A stretch of 64,000 bases of DNA, from assembly GCF_001194135.2 (NCBI RefSeq), contig NC_068981.1, positions 115,634,430 to 115,698,429 on the forward strand. The letters are read 5' to 3'. Made by a program: the position numbers and the translations under genes. The notes beneath the pieces are model-generated. The model ran no database searches and was not told the DNA's origin. It saw nothing but the letters and a program-made list of their open reading frames with translations. Source of the stretch: Octopus bimaculoides (Eukaryota). Each line of letters begins with the position of its first letter. The first letter of the stretch is position 1. Of the stretch, positions 51,501 to 60,419 are shown piece by piece.

Positions 51501-52889
51501 GACAGTGAAAACAACATTCAAAAGCCGTNNNNNNNNNNNNNNNNNNNNNNNNNNNNNNNNNNNNNNNNNNNNNNNNNNNNNNNNNNNNNNNNATGGTGGA
51601 GGGAGGAAATGGAACAAGGAGGAAGGGACAGAAGCAGTGAAGTAGAGGCCAGGACAGAAGGGTAGATAGGAAGATAGAGGAAGACATAGATAATAGATAG
51701 AGAGGATGGTGGAGGGAGGAAGTGGAACAAGGAGGAAGGGACAGAAGGGTATAGCAGTGAAGTAGAGGCCAGGACAGAGGTATAGATAGAAAGATGGAGG
51801 AAGACAGATAGATAAATAGATAGAAAGATAGATAGATAGATAGACAGATAGATAGATAGATAGATAGAAAGATAGTCACGTCAGAATAATAGTAGACTTA
51901 CTTGTAAAATAGGACGTGTGCGTTCAATAATGTAATAATACAATGTAATAATGTAATAATACATATATATATATATACATACATACATGCATGCATGTAT
52001 GTATATGAGTATATATATATGAATATACAATAACACAGATGGTTGAGGTTCACTACAACTGTTTCAGACATGATCTTTATTGATGAATTTCTCACCAAAT
52101 ACAAAGTAGTGCAAAATGATCCTACCAACCAGGTTACAGCTGAGAGACTCTCTCAGCCATAACCTACGATAGTTGTAAGTAATCATCACCATTTTACAAG
52201 CAATGTCATTTATTTTCAATTTTTGGTGAAAGCATATCTGGTTATGAGGAAATATTTTGCTTCAAAATTGATGAGGTCTAGAAAAAGGAAAAGCAGTTGA
52301 CCGTAGCAAATGCATTTCATCTGTCCCCTACAAGCATGCAAAGTTGACTGGTTATGGTATATGCAGGACAAACAAGATAAAAACAAAACAATTAACCTCA
52401 CTTTTTGTCAGTTACAACAACAACAACAAAAATAATATTTGAAAATCATTATCTTACTTTGAATTGCCTTTGTATCTTATCTCGATCATTTTCAAATGCA
52501 GCAGCTCTTGCAAGTGCTTGGCTTTCAGCTTGAGTTGCCAAATCTCGTTCACCTCGTAGTTTGGCACAAGTTTTCTGAAGAGCCAACAACTCTGCTCGAA
52601 ATTTCTTGTTCTCATTTATTAGCTTTTGTTCTTTCTTCTGCATGTTAGCGATCTCCTGTTCTTTATTTCGCCGATACATCTCAAATTCTTTGTTTTTGCG
52701 TTCAAGTTCCTGGCTGTCTAAGTCGATTGAACGCAAGCTTTCATCTTTGGGTTTTCGAAGTCCTAGACGTCCCCTTGGTTTCATTTCAATCGGGATCCTT
52801 TTAATGACACCATGGCTATTGCCATCACAGTCGGCGCCAATGATATCATCATCATCAGGCGAATGTAAGAAAGAACTGCCAGTTCCCAT
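1554..52889 (-). CDS. NPHP3: Nephrocystin-3 orthologue, spliced CDS, 22 exons in window (1032 codons); 3' TPR exons continue left of the window
   Basis: Manual exon assembly with GT-AG sites and consistent phases. Peptides align in order with human NPHP3 as recalled: MGTGSS N-terminus, [111 protein letters not shown]. Confidence 0.96.
2662..3060 (-). mobile_element. Full-length tRNA-derived SINE (family B)
   Basis: Minus-strand head ggagtggctgtgtggtaag...gggttcagtcccactgcg with A/B-box-like motifs. Other copies at ~7560-7880, 9695-9975, 38938-39305, 42110-42476 (minus) and 56905-57115 (plus). Confidence 0.85.
4268..4509 (-). CDS. NPHP3: NPHP3 exon 21, TPR repeats ([31 protein letters not shown]...LYQKQD)
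   Basis: tttcag|GCC ... AA|GTAAGA; 242 nt. Confidence 0.96.
6057..6148 (-). CDS. NPHP3: NPHP3 exon 20 ([30 protein letters not shown])
   Basis: acccag|TT ... CAA|GTAAAA; 92 nt. Confidence 0.95.
6846..6920. repeat. (TA)n microsatellite
   Basis: Seen directly. Confidence 0.95.
7881..9640 (+). mobile_element. 5'-truncated, decayed Penelope-like retroelement (RT-EN linker, GIY-YIG endonuclease, pLTR)
   Basis: Frameshifted peptides [71 protein letters not shown] resemble PLE linker/EN motifs. A hammerhead motif lies at the 3' end, and 7881-7909 is an inverted repeat of 9449-9477. Confidence 0.75.
9552..9638 (+). ncRNA. Type I hammerhead ribozyme motif in the Penelope-like pLTR
   Basis: Stem I GGTTCC/GGAATT; core CTGAAGA 9558-9564; long imperfect stem II (TGTGCA/TGCACA); GAAAC-ATAT-GTA 9621-9632 with palindromic ACATATGT. 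Confidence 0.7.
10386..10474. repeat. (TATG)n/(TG)n/(TA)n compound microsatellite at a gap edge
   Basis: Seen directly. Confidence 0.95.
11584..11681 (-). CDS. NPHP3: NPHP3 exon 19 ([32 protein letters not shown])
   Basis: ctccag|A ... G|GTATTA; 98 nt; human has [24 protein letters not shown]. Confidence 0.93.
14128..14250 (-). CDS. NPHP3: NPHP3 exon 18 ([40 protein letters not shown])
   Basis: ctccag|A ... CG|GTGGGT; 123 nt. Confidence 0.95.
16706..16809 (-). CDS. NPHP3: NPHP3 exon 17 ([34 protein letters not shown])
   Basis: ttaaag|ACG ... CG|GTAAGA; 104 nt; human has YRQKLINYF. Confidence 0.85.
18302..18466 (-). CDS. NPHP3: NPHP3 exon 16 ([26 protein letters not shown]...VMPAHEQ)
   Basis: cttaag|ATC ... 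CAG|GTCAGT; 165 nt. Confidence 0.94.
18800..19495 (+). mobile_element. Decayed RTE-like LINE fragment with (TTAC)n tail
   Basis: Frameshifted peptides [63 protein letters not shown]. Confidence 0.8.
19927..20067 (+). repeat. 141-bp exact direct repeat of 23248-23388, abutting an N-gap
   Basis: Identical by direct comparison; the other side of the gap (20324-20386) matches 23602-23657. Confidence 0.9.
20364..20505 (+). mobile_element. Possible short non-autonomous Helitron
   Basis: Starts in (TATC)n; GC-rich hairpin ACGCGC-AGTC-GTGCGT at 20477-20492 followed by CTAG|T at 20502-20506. Confidence 0.4.
20951..21092 (-). CDS. NPHP3: NPHP3 exon 15 ([47 protein letters not shown])
   Basis: tctcag|G ... 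CAG|GTAATT; 142 nt. Confidence 0.9.
23248..23657 (+). repeat. Second copy of the ~410-bp repeat, containing a small TIR unit (catggtattagctgtcag...ctgacagctaataccat) and a (TCTG)n(TC)n(TATC)n tract
   Basis: Matches both flanks of gap 20068-20323; 23470-23657 also matches 20695-20866 in inverted orientation. Confidence 0.8.
24778..24963 (-). CDS. NPHP3: NPHP3 exon 14 ([19 protein letters not shown]...[21 protein letters not shown])
   Basis: ttctag|A ... TG|GTAAGT; 186 nt. Confidence 0.94.
25713..25810 (-). CDS. NPHP3: NPHP3 exon 13 ([32 protein letters not shown])
   Basis: ctcaag|GAA ... AG|GTAAGA; 98 nt. Confidence 0.95.
26873..27016 (-). CDS. NPHP3: NPHP3 exon 12 ([48 protein letters not shown]), Walker B region
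   Basis: acacag|CTG ... CAA|GTAAGT; 144 nt. Confidence 0.96.
28398..28512 (-). CDS. NPHP3: NPHP3 exon 11 ([38 protein letters not shown])
   Basis: ttgtag|G ... CAG|GTATTT; 115 nt; phase 2 to 0. Confidence 0.93.
28897..29142 (+). mobile_element. tRNA-derived SINE (family D)
   Basis: Head ggaggtgcatggcttagtggttagg...ggttttgattc; CORE-like ttcttgagcaaaacac; tail ctttaccttta. Confidence 0.75.
29611..29741 (+). pseudogene. Inverted intronic copy of NPHP3 exon 11 with its polypyrimidine tract and acceptor
   Basis: 131 bp matching the reverse complement of 28400-28530 with 5 substitutions; the donor is not copied. Confidence 0.95.
30330..30500 (-). mobile_element. Possible very decayed hAT transposase fragment
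   Basis: Peptide [32 protein letters not shown] resembles the hAT 'LLYHTxVRWLSRGxVLxRxxxL' motif. Confidence 0.35.
30980..31162. mobile_element. Palindromic MITE-like hairpin (~86-bp arms, 10-nt loop)
   Basis: gttagattcacttcaacatttaaatttaatttgtcaaaa...ttttgacaaattaaatttaaatgttgaagtgaatctaac. Confidence 0.8.
31285..31388 (-). CDS. NPHP3: NPHP3 exon 10 ([34 protein letters not shown]), Walker A region
   Basis: tttcag|TAT ... TG|GTAAAT; 104 nt; human has YYQRLN...[20 protein letters not shown]. Confidence 0.95.
32215..32355 (+). mobile_element. Family A RTE-tail retroposon fragment, opposite orientation
   Basis: taggaagggcatc...ccagcatggaaaacagatgttaaataatggttatgatgatgatg. Confidence 0.75.
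32908..32982. repeat. (GGT)n(AGT)n compound trinucleotide repeat
   Basis: Seen directly. Confidence 0.9.
33377..33550 (-). CDS. NPHP3: NPHP3 exon 9 (ELGIDAKK...[29 protein letters not shown])
   Basis: acacag|GAA ... AAG|GTAAAT; 174 nt; human has LWDIHDEQEQM...HELGFEK. Confidence 0.94.
33667..33885 (-). mobile_element. Family A RTE-tail retroposon
   Basis: catcatcatcatttaacatc...gcccttcctaatgccaaccactcc. Confidence 0.8.
34535..34661 (-). CDS. NPHP3: NPHP3 exon 8 ([42 protein letters not shown])
   Basis: tttcag|A ... ATG|GTAAGC; 127 nt; phase 2 to 0. Confidence 0.87.
36385..36600 (-). mobile_element. SINE family C copy
   Basis: Reverse-complement similarity to 55250-55452. Confidence 0.78.
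36729..36806 (-). CDS. NPHP3: NPHP3 exon 7 ([25 protein letters not shown])
   Basis: tttcag|G ... AA|GTAAGT; 78 nt; phase 2 to 2. Confidence 0.8.
37385..37584. mobile_element. Reverse, partial copy of the same piggyBac-type MITE family
   Basis: Ends AATGCTAAAGGG|TTAA at 37569-37584; interior is the reverse complement of the 53341-53512 interior. Related internal fragments occur at ~55555-55610 and ~56650-56800. Confidence 0.7.
37802..37887 (-). CDS. NPHP3: NPHP3 exon 6 ([28 protein letters not shown])
   Basis: ttacag|GTG ... AG|GTAACA; 86 nt; phases fit both neighbours. Confidence 0.82.
38535..38615 (-). CDS. NPHP3: NPHP3 exon 5 ([27 protein letters not shown])
   Basis: ttgcag|GAT ... GAT|GTGAGC; 81 nt; human has DYSPKLKRMC. 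Confidence 0.9.
38938..39305 (-). mobile_element. SINE family B copy
   Basis: Similar to 2662-3060; internal tandem duplication of aaggctttgattggc. Confidence 0.78.
40287..40420 (-). CDS. NPHP3: NPHP3 exon 4 ([44 protein letters not shown])
   Basis: cattag|AG ... AAG|GTAAAT; 134 nt; phase 1 to 0. Confidence 0.9.
40611..41775 (-). mobile_element. 5'-truncated RTE-clade LINE (RT C-terminal part, 3'UTR, (GAT)n tail)
   Basis: Minus-strand peptides [50 protein letters not shown]...RKCAG; the 3' end is shared with many short copies in the window. Confidence 0.85.
42110..42476 (-). mobile_element. SINE family B copy
   Basis: Similar to 2662-3060 along its length. Confidence 0.8.
42658..43547 (-). 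mobile_element. Decayed mariner (DD34D) transposon, Hsmar1/cecropia-like; 5' part lost in the N-gap
   Basis: TA followed by TIR ttaggttgtcaagaaagttcttgcggtttt at 42658. Frameshifted transposase motifs [52 protein letters not shown]; stop codon at 42735-42737. Confidence 0.93.
43548..44338. other. Assembly gap (largest of six; others at 731-740, 10475-10526, 20068-20323, 51529-51592, 61896-62120)
   Basis: Runs of N. Confidence 1.
44707..45470 (+). mobile_element. Possible Helitron/Helentron-like non-autonomous element
   Basis: (TA)n-tctgtctgtctgt-ccaatattcacgaaactttgcatacatg start; a 26-bp internal direct repeat (ttggatttcaataaaaatctataatg) at ~44830 and 45421. Confidence 0.3.
45937..46250 (-). 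mobile_element. Short RTE-tail retroposon (family A)
   Basis: catcatcatcgtttaacgtc...ccatgctagcatgggttggacg...gcccttcctaatgccaaccac matches the 3' end of the RTE at 40611. Copies at ~170-490, 6560-6690, 7205-7460, 33667-33885 (same orientation) and 32215-32355, 49424-49755 (opposite). Confidence 0.82.
46865..47011 (-). CDS. NPHP3: NPHP3 exon 3 ([48 protein letters not shown])
   Basis: ttgcag|GT ... G|GTCAGT; 147 nt; matches the human SEPSIGS..FRGPEF..EGPFANVN block. Confidence 0.93.
47736..47883 (-). CDS. NPHP3: NPHP3 exon 2 ([26 protein letters not shown]...ESV)
   Basis: ttccag|ATT ... G|GTAAAT; 148 nt; phase 0 to 1. Confidence 0.95.
49424..49755 (+). mobile_element. Family A RTE-tail retroposon, opposite orientation
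   Basis: Ends catggaaagcagacgctaaatgatgatgatgatga. Confidence 0.8.
50282..51037. mobile_element. Non-autonomous foldback DNA transposon with ~230-bp imperfect TIRs, 8-bp TSD and central head-to-head telomere-like arrays
   Basis: Termini GGATCTTTCTGAATTGAC...GTCAATTCAGAAAGATCC; TSD CATTGTGA at 50274-50281 and 51038-51045. Confidence 0.88.
51381..51437 (-). ncRNA. Degenerate hammerhead-like motif (core CTCAGGA instead of CTGANGA)
   Basis: Minus strand: CTA CTCAGGA A GAGAC...GTCTTC GAAAC GTC TGG. Confidence 0.4.
51593..51875. repeat. Two tandem ~115-bp purine-rich units followed by (ATAG)n
   Basis: atggtggagggagga...gtgaagtagaggccaggacaga starts at 51593 and again at ~51706. Confidence 0.8.
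52458..52889 (-). CDS. NPHP3: NPHP3 coding exon 1 ([10 protein letters not shown]...DKIQRQFK): myristoylation motif and coiled coil
   Basis: ATG at 52889, donor AAA|GTAAGA, 432 nt, phase 0; lies within ORF 52449..53030. Confidence 0.95.
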
Positions 52890-53008
52890 GTTGAATATAT
52901 TTAGTTCCGTAATTTTGAGTATAGGTGGGGGCCAATATGTTACAATAAGAGCCTTTAAGATATATTCACTTTTATATCTAATATTTGGTGGGAAGCTAAT
53001 ATCAACTC
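52890..53008 (-). other. NPHP3: Probable 5'UTR portion of the first coding exon
   Basis: Minus-strand polypyrimidine tract plus CAG (tgttttttttttgttccag|GAG) at 53009-53011 implies an upstream non-coding exon. Confidence 0.6.
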
Positions 53009-53340
53009 CTGGAACAAAAAAAAACAACATTTTTTTTACCTTCTATTATTTTGCTTTTCAGGTTAGCATAGCCAAAGTAGCTATGCAAATTCAGACATTA
53101 ATTAAACAGCTAAAATTTGATGCTTTTCATACCATTCATGATCTGGCAGGTGTATTTATTGTTGAGTTGTATTGACTAAAACAAACATGCGGCTCATTCA
53201 AAATTTGTCTACTTTAGTGAGTTTATGATAGAGTTAAAAAAGGGGTGCTTCTATCTTGGTCCAGGCACATGGTAGTTCTCAAACATGTGGAAGTTCTACT
53301 TCGTTCCTGCTGCCATCAGCAGTGTACTGTAGCTATTTAA

Positions 53341-53512
53341 CCCTTTAGCATTTAAACTGATATTCAAAGCAGTGAGATCAAGCCTCTTACACCTACACTA
53401 CGTTATTCTAAACATAAGCTGTCGTATCATCAAAATCTCAAAGTTACAAGATAATGTATGACTAATTCAAAATGATGTGAATAAATAAGGATTGCATCTG
53501 AATGCTAAAGGG
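53341..53512. mobile_element. piggyBac-type MITE
   Basis: TTAA|CCCTTTAGCATT...AATGCTAAAGGG|ATAA. Confidence 0.75.
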
Positions 53513-55249
53513 ATAATGTACCTATTTACAGCCAGATAGACGTGGGAGGGGGCTTTGCCATATTCATAATGCAACACTATTTGCGGAATATAAACATTGG
53601 TCTACCCACTGGTAATCAGATGCCATTTTGAGTTAGCCTACTGTGAGGTTTGAAGAATATAGTGTTCTTCACTCAATCATAAACAACAGAATGGTTGTTG
53701 CAAAGTTAGAACTGCAGCATTAATAAATGGATTGATTAAAACAGTGGTCTTGTTCTAAAGATGGCTGCTCTTTTGAACATTAAGTAAATAAAAGTGGCAT
53801 GGACATATATCTAATTTACATCTGAAACAGGGAGAAAGAAAGAGAGTAAGGTATCTTACCTATAGCAGCACAGAAAGGTTAATCCATGCAAGACATATTT
53901 TAGTCAATTTGGGGATGATTTACTTCATTATATATACCTCAATTTACCTAACTACAAGAAATATGCACCAAGCCATCTAGAAATATTACTTTTGATAGCG
54001 TAGAGTTGATAACATGTGTGTGTGTGTTGTGTGTGTTGTGTGAGGAGCGTCTATGTTTTGTGTGTGTGGATGTGTGCACATGTGTGTGTGAGTGTGTGTG
54101 ATAGTGGAGATTTATCTGTCATTTTAGAGAATGAATTAGTGAGAGAAACTATTCAAGGTTGCTGCTTGTTTGAAGAACAATAGTTACAATATTCAAAGCA
54201 GTGATCATTAAAATAAAATTAATTCAGAATAATTTGTGCAGCAATGAAATGGCAATATTGGTCCAATGATTAATATTATTATAATTATTCCAGGAAGCAT
54301 GGGAGACAACCTCACTCATGTTTTGATCTAATCTGACTCTGCAGCTAAGCACAAGCTTTCACTGCACTTGCTGAAGTAGTGATGTAAGAATTAGGAACTA
54401 AATGTACAATGTTGTACATTAGTAGGTTTGAAATTGACATATTTTAGATAATATTTAACTAAGAGACACCAGAAATATGAAAAACAATGGTCAATTTGTG
54501 TTACATAGCATTAGAAGGTTAATTAGACATACTTAACGTATTGCGCATTAAAAGGCTAATTAGACAGTGACAAAAATACAATACCAGGCAATGAGTATAA
54601 TTATCCTAATTAGGGTAATTGACTGTCCTTTCCTCACTGCATAATTATTCTTAATTAATCTTTTAATCATTGCATTAAATATGATAACACTACCTTGACA
54701 CTATCGTTGAATTAAAACTAGGAACTGATTGTTGAAACCACTGGACACATATTTTATTGTAAAGGAGCACATGACTTTTATTTATAATGTATGGATGCAA
54801 CAGACGTTATTTATAATACTGTAGTAAATGAGTGAATCTGAGAATAAAAATGAAACTTTGTTAAGAAGAGCTAATGACTTTACAGCCTAATGAAGGATAT
54901 TTTGGCAAATTATTTCTTCTCTAATAAAATTGTGGCTTTGTGTTAATCTAAAGAATCCATATTTGGATCCAAAAACTCTAGAGAAATCACTAAGTCAATA
55001 AAGATTGTGAGCTCAGATTTACTGCAGCTCTTCATTGTGACAGAATACCAACTTATATATCTATGTGACATAAATACATGTCAGATCAGGTGAGAGTGTT
55101 AGCTGCAAGAAAATACTGTTCTATCCAAGTGATGTTTGATACATACGTTTCTCATTATGGAACAGGAACCAGGCAGTCTCACTAAGAAGTTAGCAGCTGA
55201 ATTTCTTTAACCAATATGCCACCATGTTTTTCTCAATTAATCCAAGGCA

Positions 55250-55452
55250 ATAAGGTGGCAAGCAGATAGAAACATTAGCATGCCAGGTGTAATGCTTAGC
55301 AGTATTTTGTCTGTCTTTACGTTCTGAGTTCAAATTCTGCCGAGGTCGAGTTTGCCTTTCATCCTTTCGGGGTCGATAAATTAAGTACCAGTTGTGTACT
55401 GGAGTTGTCTAATCAACTGGGCCCCTTCACCACAGTAGAGCAGAAAAGAATT
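55250..55452 (+). mobile_element. tRNA-derived SINE (family C)
   Basis: B-box-like gttctgagttcaaattc and central ttgcctttcatcctttcggggtcgataaattaagtaccag. Reverse copies at ~27880-28090, 29850-30060, 32625-32810, 36385-36600, 39590-39790, 58165-58382, 63600-63810. Confidence 0.82.
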
Positions 55453-56424
55453 AATCCAAAGCAATGGAACTGCAGAAACACTAACTTGCCAGACAAAATA
55501 CTTTAAAATATCAAGTTTTGTTGACTTCAATATTTATCCCTCCAGAGTAAATAGAATCATCAAAATCTCAAAGTTACAAGATAATGCATGACTAATTCAT
55601 AAACTGATGTCAAAACAGCTTACAACACTCTTTCATCCATAAATTTGTGGCAAGTTAAATCAATTAGGTTCGTTAATAGGACTAAGACATGCGTTAAGAT
55701 TGCAAACACAACAAACCTATGCCAGCATGATAAATGAAATGTAAAACCAGTGATAATGACGATGATTATAATGACAATGATGATTATAAGTGTCAAAAAG
55801 TTAAGAATTACAGTACTTACAGAGAACCAATTCCTTTTGTGTTCTTTTTCATAAGATTTCATCATAGAACATTTTATAATGTGCTGTGAAAAAAAAATCA
55901 AAACTACAAATAAAAATTCAATTTTGAACATAAATATTCTCAGTCAGGTTTGAAAACCTTTTACACATTTTTAGAAGGTCATACTTTACATAAGTGAAAA
56001 TCTGTACACTGTATGATAAAAATTTTAACTAATTCATAATTGCTATATTTGGCATTTGCATGTAATATACAAGTTATTGAATGCTTTAAATATTCCTTTG
56101 CAGATGGATAATAACATTTTACACACAAGCATCATCCACACACGCACGCACCCACACACAACTTAGACACAAACTACTTCCATGAATGGGAACCATAAAA
56201 CATTCTCTATCAGAGACAACTTAGCCGCTTTCAATAGCACTGAGACACAATTGCCACACACATTGAAGAAGCAGTCTTGCACTGTACCTTCATTATATCT
56301 GAACAAAAGAAAATTAACACTTTCGCATTTAGATCAATTTATCAAACATAATGCTTATTTCAGTTCTATATTTAAGAGCACGGGCTACTAACACGAAGAT
56401 TCCAAGTTTGATTCCAAGCAGTGA

Positions 56425-56463
<39 letters not shown>

Positions 56464-56521
56464 CAACAACAATATTGAAAAATACCTTAGGAATGAGAAC
56501 CCAGGTTCGAAATTTCCCCAA

Positions 56522-56567
56522 GACACCTGATGAAGGCTGGAGGGTATATCAGCCAAAACGTCGTGTT
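56522..56567 (+). ncRNA. Minimal type I hammerhead-like motif with a G12-to-A core change
   Basis: GACAC CTGATGA A GGCTG(loop)CAGCC AAAAC GTC GTGTT; A where the core requires G of GAAA. Confidence 0.6.
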
Positions 56568-58164
56568 AACAACAAGCAAGATGAGGACAAATATCCGTCA
56601 AATGCAAATAATGTATAATGCTTATTTGTTAACATATTTTAAAATTAATCATTGTAGCTTCAATATTTTGAAGATGTGATAGTTTATTTTTAGAATAACA
56701 TCACAGGGTAGATGTGAGATGCAGGATCTGGCTAGTTTGAACATACAAGAGAGAGAATATTTGGGCTGGATGTGGCTAGTTTAAATGTTAAGGATTAAAG
56801 CCTTTAAATTCACTACTAGGCTCCACAATCTGTGGTAATCTTCTCATATATTATTGCCAAAGCTGAATCACAAATATTATATATGTGTGTGTGTGTGTGT
56901 GTGTCATTGTGTATGTGTTTTGTCCCTGACCACCACTTGACAACTGGTGTTGGTGTGTTTACATCCCTGTAACTTAGCAGTACGACAAAGAAATCAATAA
57001 ATTATGTACCAGGTTTAAAAAAAAATACTGGGGTTGATACATTTGACTAGAAATTCTTCAAGGTGGTGCCCTAGTATGGCCGCAGTCAACTAACTGAAAC
57101 ACAGAAAAGATAAAAATTATATGTAATTATGCCATGGGAAAGGACAGTACTTGTTAATGAGTAATTTTAATTATTCTGGCAAGTATGAGAAACAATTCCA
57201 GACATGCTTCAGTCTTAATAGACCTCATCAACAAAGTACAGAGTTTATCAAATAATACAAAGTAGTGATAAGATAACTACTGAGTATATGTACAATATTG
57301 TACACAAGTATTTATTGCCTACTGCAGCAAGTACAATGAAGTCACTACTTTGCTGAGAACTGCAGAACCAAGGTTTCAAATTCTCCATCTGGGTACCTTT
57401 TACTCTAAAGTTAAATTAGATACTTTAGAACAACAACCTCTTCCTTTAATGTCTGTTTTCAATGTTGGTATGAGTTGAACAGTTTGACAAGAACTAGCAG
57501 GCTGCATCAGGTTCCAGTCAGATTTGGCTTGGTTTCTACATCTGGATACCCTTCTTAACACCAACCACTTTACAGTGTGTGCTGGATGCTTTGAATGTGC
57601 CACTGACATGAGTGCTTTTATATGGCTCTGATTGTTAAATCTCTATCCAAGTTCCCTCTACAGTGATTTTTAACATTGGTATAAGGCTCCAAATATTTGT
57701 TGAGACATAAATATTTGATCAAGTCCTGGATCAAATGTCTATGTTTATACTTGTGTAATGAATCATTAATGTCAATGTAATCATAAAGGATAAAAACTGA
57801 TAACCTTAGAACTTGGTTGTTACTTATTTTATTGACTATGAAACGATTTAGAGTTAGAACAAAAAGAGACACAATTCAAGACAAGTAAACATTTTGTCCA
57901 ACACTCTATTGAGTCTGTCAGCCACAGTCTTTCCCAAACTGGAAAGTTTTCACAATGCAAGAGAATGAATATCATTAAATTTTCTAGCGAAATAAACAAT
58001 AATGCTTCCACGATTAAATTACCCAACATAGGTAAATTTGTGTTTTTTAATGTATTTAACATGGTTTTATCCAATAGAGCTGTCACTCAAGCAAATTGTT
58101 CTTTTATAAGCATGAAATCATGCACATGAGCACTCTTTAGGGGTCAGCTGTAATTTAAAATATT

Positions 58165-58382
58165 GGTTTCAAATTTTGGCAAAAGGCCATCAGTTTCAGG
58201 GGAGGGGGTAAGTTGATTACATTGATCCCCCAGTATGTAACTGGTACTTATTTTATTGACCCTGAAATGGTGAAAGGTAAAGACAACCTTGGTGGAATTT
58301 GAACTCAGAATGTAAAGATGAATGAAATGCTGCTAAGCATTTTGCCCAGCATGCTTGCAATTCTACCAGCTTGCAGCCTTAT
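58165..58382 (-). mobile_element. SINE family C copy
   Basis: Reverse-complement similarity to 55250-55452. Confidence 0.78.
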
Positions 58383-60419
58383 GGTCAACCATAATATAAA
58401 ATATTATATCCAAATTTTTATATCAATACCTGAAAAAGTAGTACGCAACATTATACAAGACAATTCACAACTAAACTGGAAGAAGTAAAGCTAAATCACT
58501 TAAGCCATTCCATCATTTCATATGTATTGACCAATTTGAGAACCATTGCTCCTCTAATTTAATGTATTCCATTATCATAAACTTCTAAAAAATTGTAATA
58601 TAACTATTCATCCGTGATGTTCTGACACATTTGAACATGAATATCTGATCACTTTATTTTTCATCAGCAGAGAACACTTCTCTGTAGATGATGTGTATAC
58701 ATAACACTCATGATTCACTGGTCTCTGAGAGATTGCGGTGTTTCGATCTTATAGTGCGTCACCTCAATCAAAGCTATTCCACCAGATTGATGAATCTCAC
58801 AAGAGCACTGAATTTAGAATTTAGCAAACAAATTATTTGCTGATGAATGCTGATGTCGGCCTAATATATAATAATTCATGAGGTGAATAGAGAACAATGA
58901 GAATGCAAACAATAAAGTGTATAGTCATTCTTAATACATTTTGCTATATTCAAATGAGAATATCTGATTCCTGTTATTTTTGGCACCAGAGAACACCTCC
59001 TCTCTTTCAACATTATGTATTCAAAATACAAATGATTCACCAGTAGAGAGGTTTTGACATTAATGCATGTATGGAAGACATAGCTCGGTGGAATTTTGGT
59101 TTAAGTACACCATATAACTAACACCTTATAACTCTTATTTTTTGATATTTTCAGAAAATTATTGTAAGTTTGTGTTCTACTCATGGGAATTCATACGATT
59201 ATAAGAAAAGATGGAAATTCTCATAAATTCTAAAGTTTCCACTTTTTTTCAAATTTTTTAAAATTAGAGTTTAAAGGAAGGACAGTGAAAATTGTTTGCT
59301 TAAATCCCAGCAATGGACTGCCCTTGGGTGAATCATCATTCCATTAAATGTGTTTATGGGAAGAAAATATTGAAAAACATCAATACCTGTCAGAGACACA
59401 AAGAAACGAGGAAGATATCAGGTGGACGTGAGATGTGTGCTAAAAATAACAGCTAAATCACCCTTAAATCATTTTTTTTTCTTTTTGTGTAATCGTATGA
59501 ATTCTTGTCTGTGGAACACAAATTTGTAAAAATTTTCTGAAAATAGAAAAAAAAAAATCAGAAAAAAATCGAGGGTTATATGGGGTGCTTAAACCAGAAT
59601 TCCGCTCATAGTTCCACTATAGGTAAGTATTGCGACAGTTTGAGAGACAAACGTGTCTATCGGGTTATAAAGTCCCTATTAATTTTCCGTGTATATGGAA
59701 ATTACCAAAGTAAATGGATCTCTGTTCGATCAAGTGACTTACTCGCTCATTGAAGTTGCGTTTAAGTCATTGAACATTTCTTAGGCATGTGTACCCTTAA
59801 CGCAATGGAATTTGTGATATAGTGTGACAAGGCTGGACGTTTAAATTACAGGTATAAATTACCAAAGTACAAAACAATGAACACCACGAATGGACGAGGG
59901 AACTTCTATGTGGCTACTCAACCTGCTAGAAATGTTTACCAAGAGGAGAAATATGTTGAATAATATAGATCTAAACACTTTAACTGCGAAAGAAAAAGAT
60001 ACAAGGGATGACCACGTTTGGTAGGCCTTTGATCACAGGTTTGCTCGATTAGAGCTGGTTCGCAGTTGAATAACAACGGCAACTGTATTCAGAATACCTA
60101 ACTTTTAAATAGAGTTTACGAAAACTTAACAATAGACTTATTTATAAGTTATGTTAGAGATTTTAAAAATACATGAAAGCAATTAGACGAATATATATAT
60201 ATATATATATAAAAAAAAACATGAAGTTTAGAGAAAGTATATAAACACAAGTATATATTTAAAATGTCAAGAGAGAGAGAGAGAGAGAGCGGAGGAGGAA
60301 ATCAATAAACATTACAGTAAGTATACCTGATAACATCGACAATAGTTGTGGTAGTTTAATAAGTTATCTTACATCTATAACTTTATAATGTATCCAAGTG
60401 TCAGCGAAACGTCAATCAG

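Noticed and set aside
52606-53175. 189-aa plus-strand ORF
   Set aside because: Antisense shadow of NPHP3 exon 1; no independent protein features.
53822-53859. Minus-strand donor and strong acceptor only 38 nt apart
   Set aside because: Too short for a typical intron, and no flanking exon could be supported.
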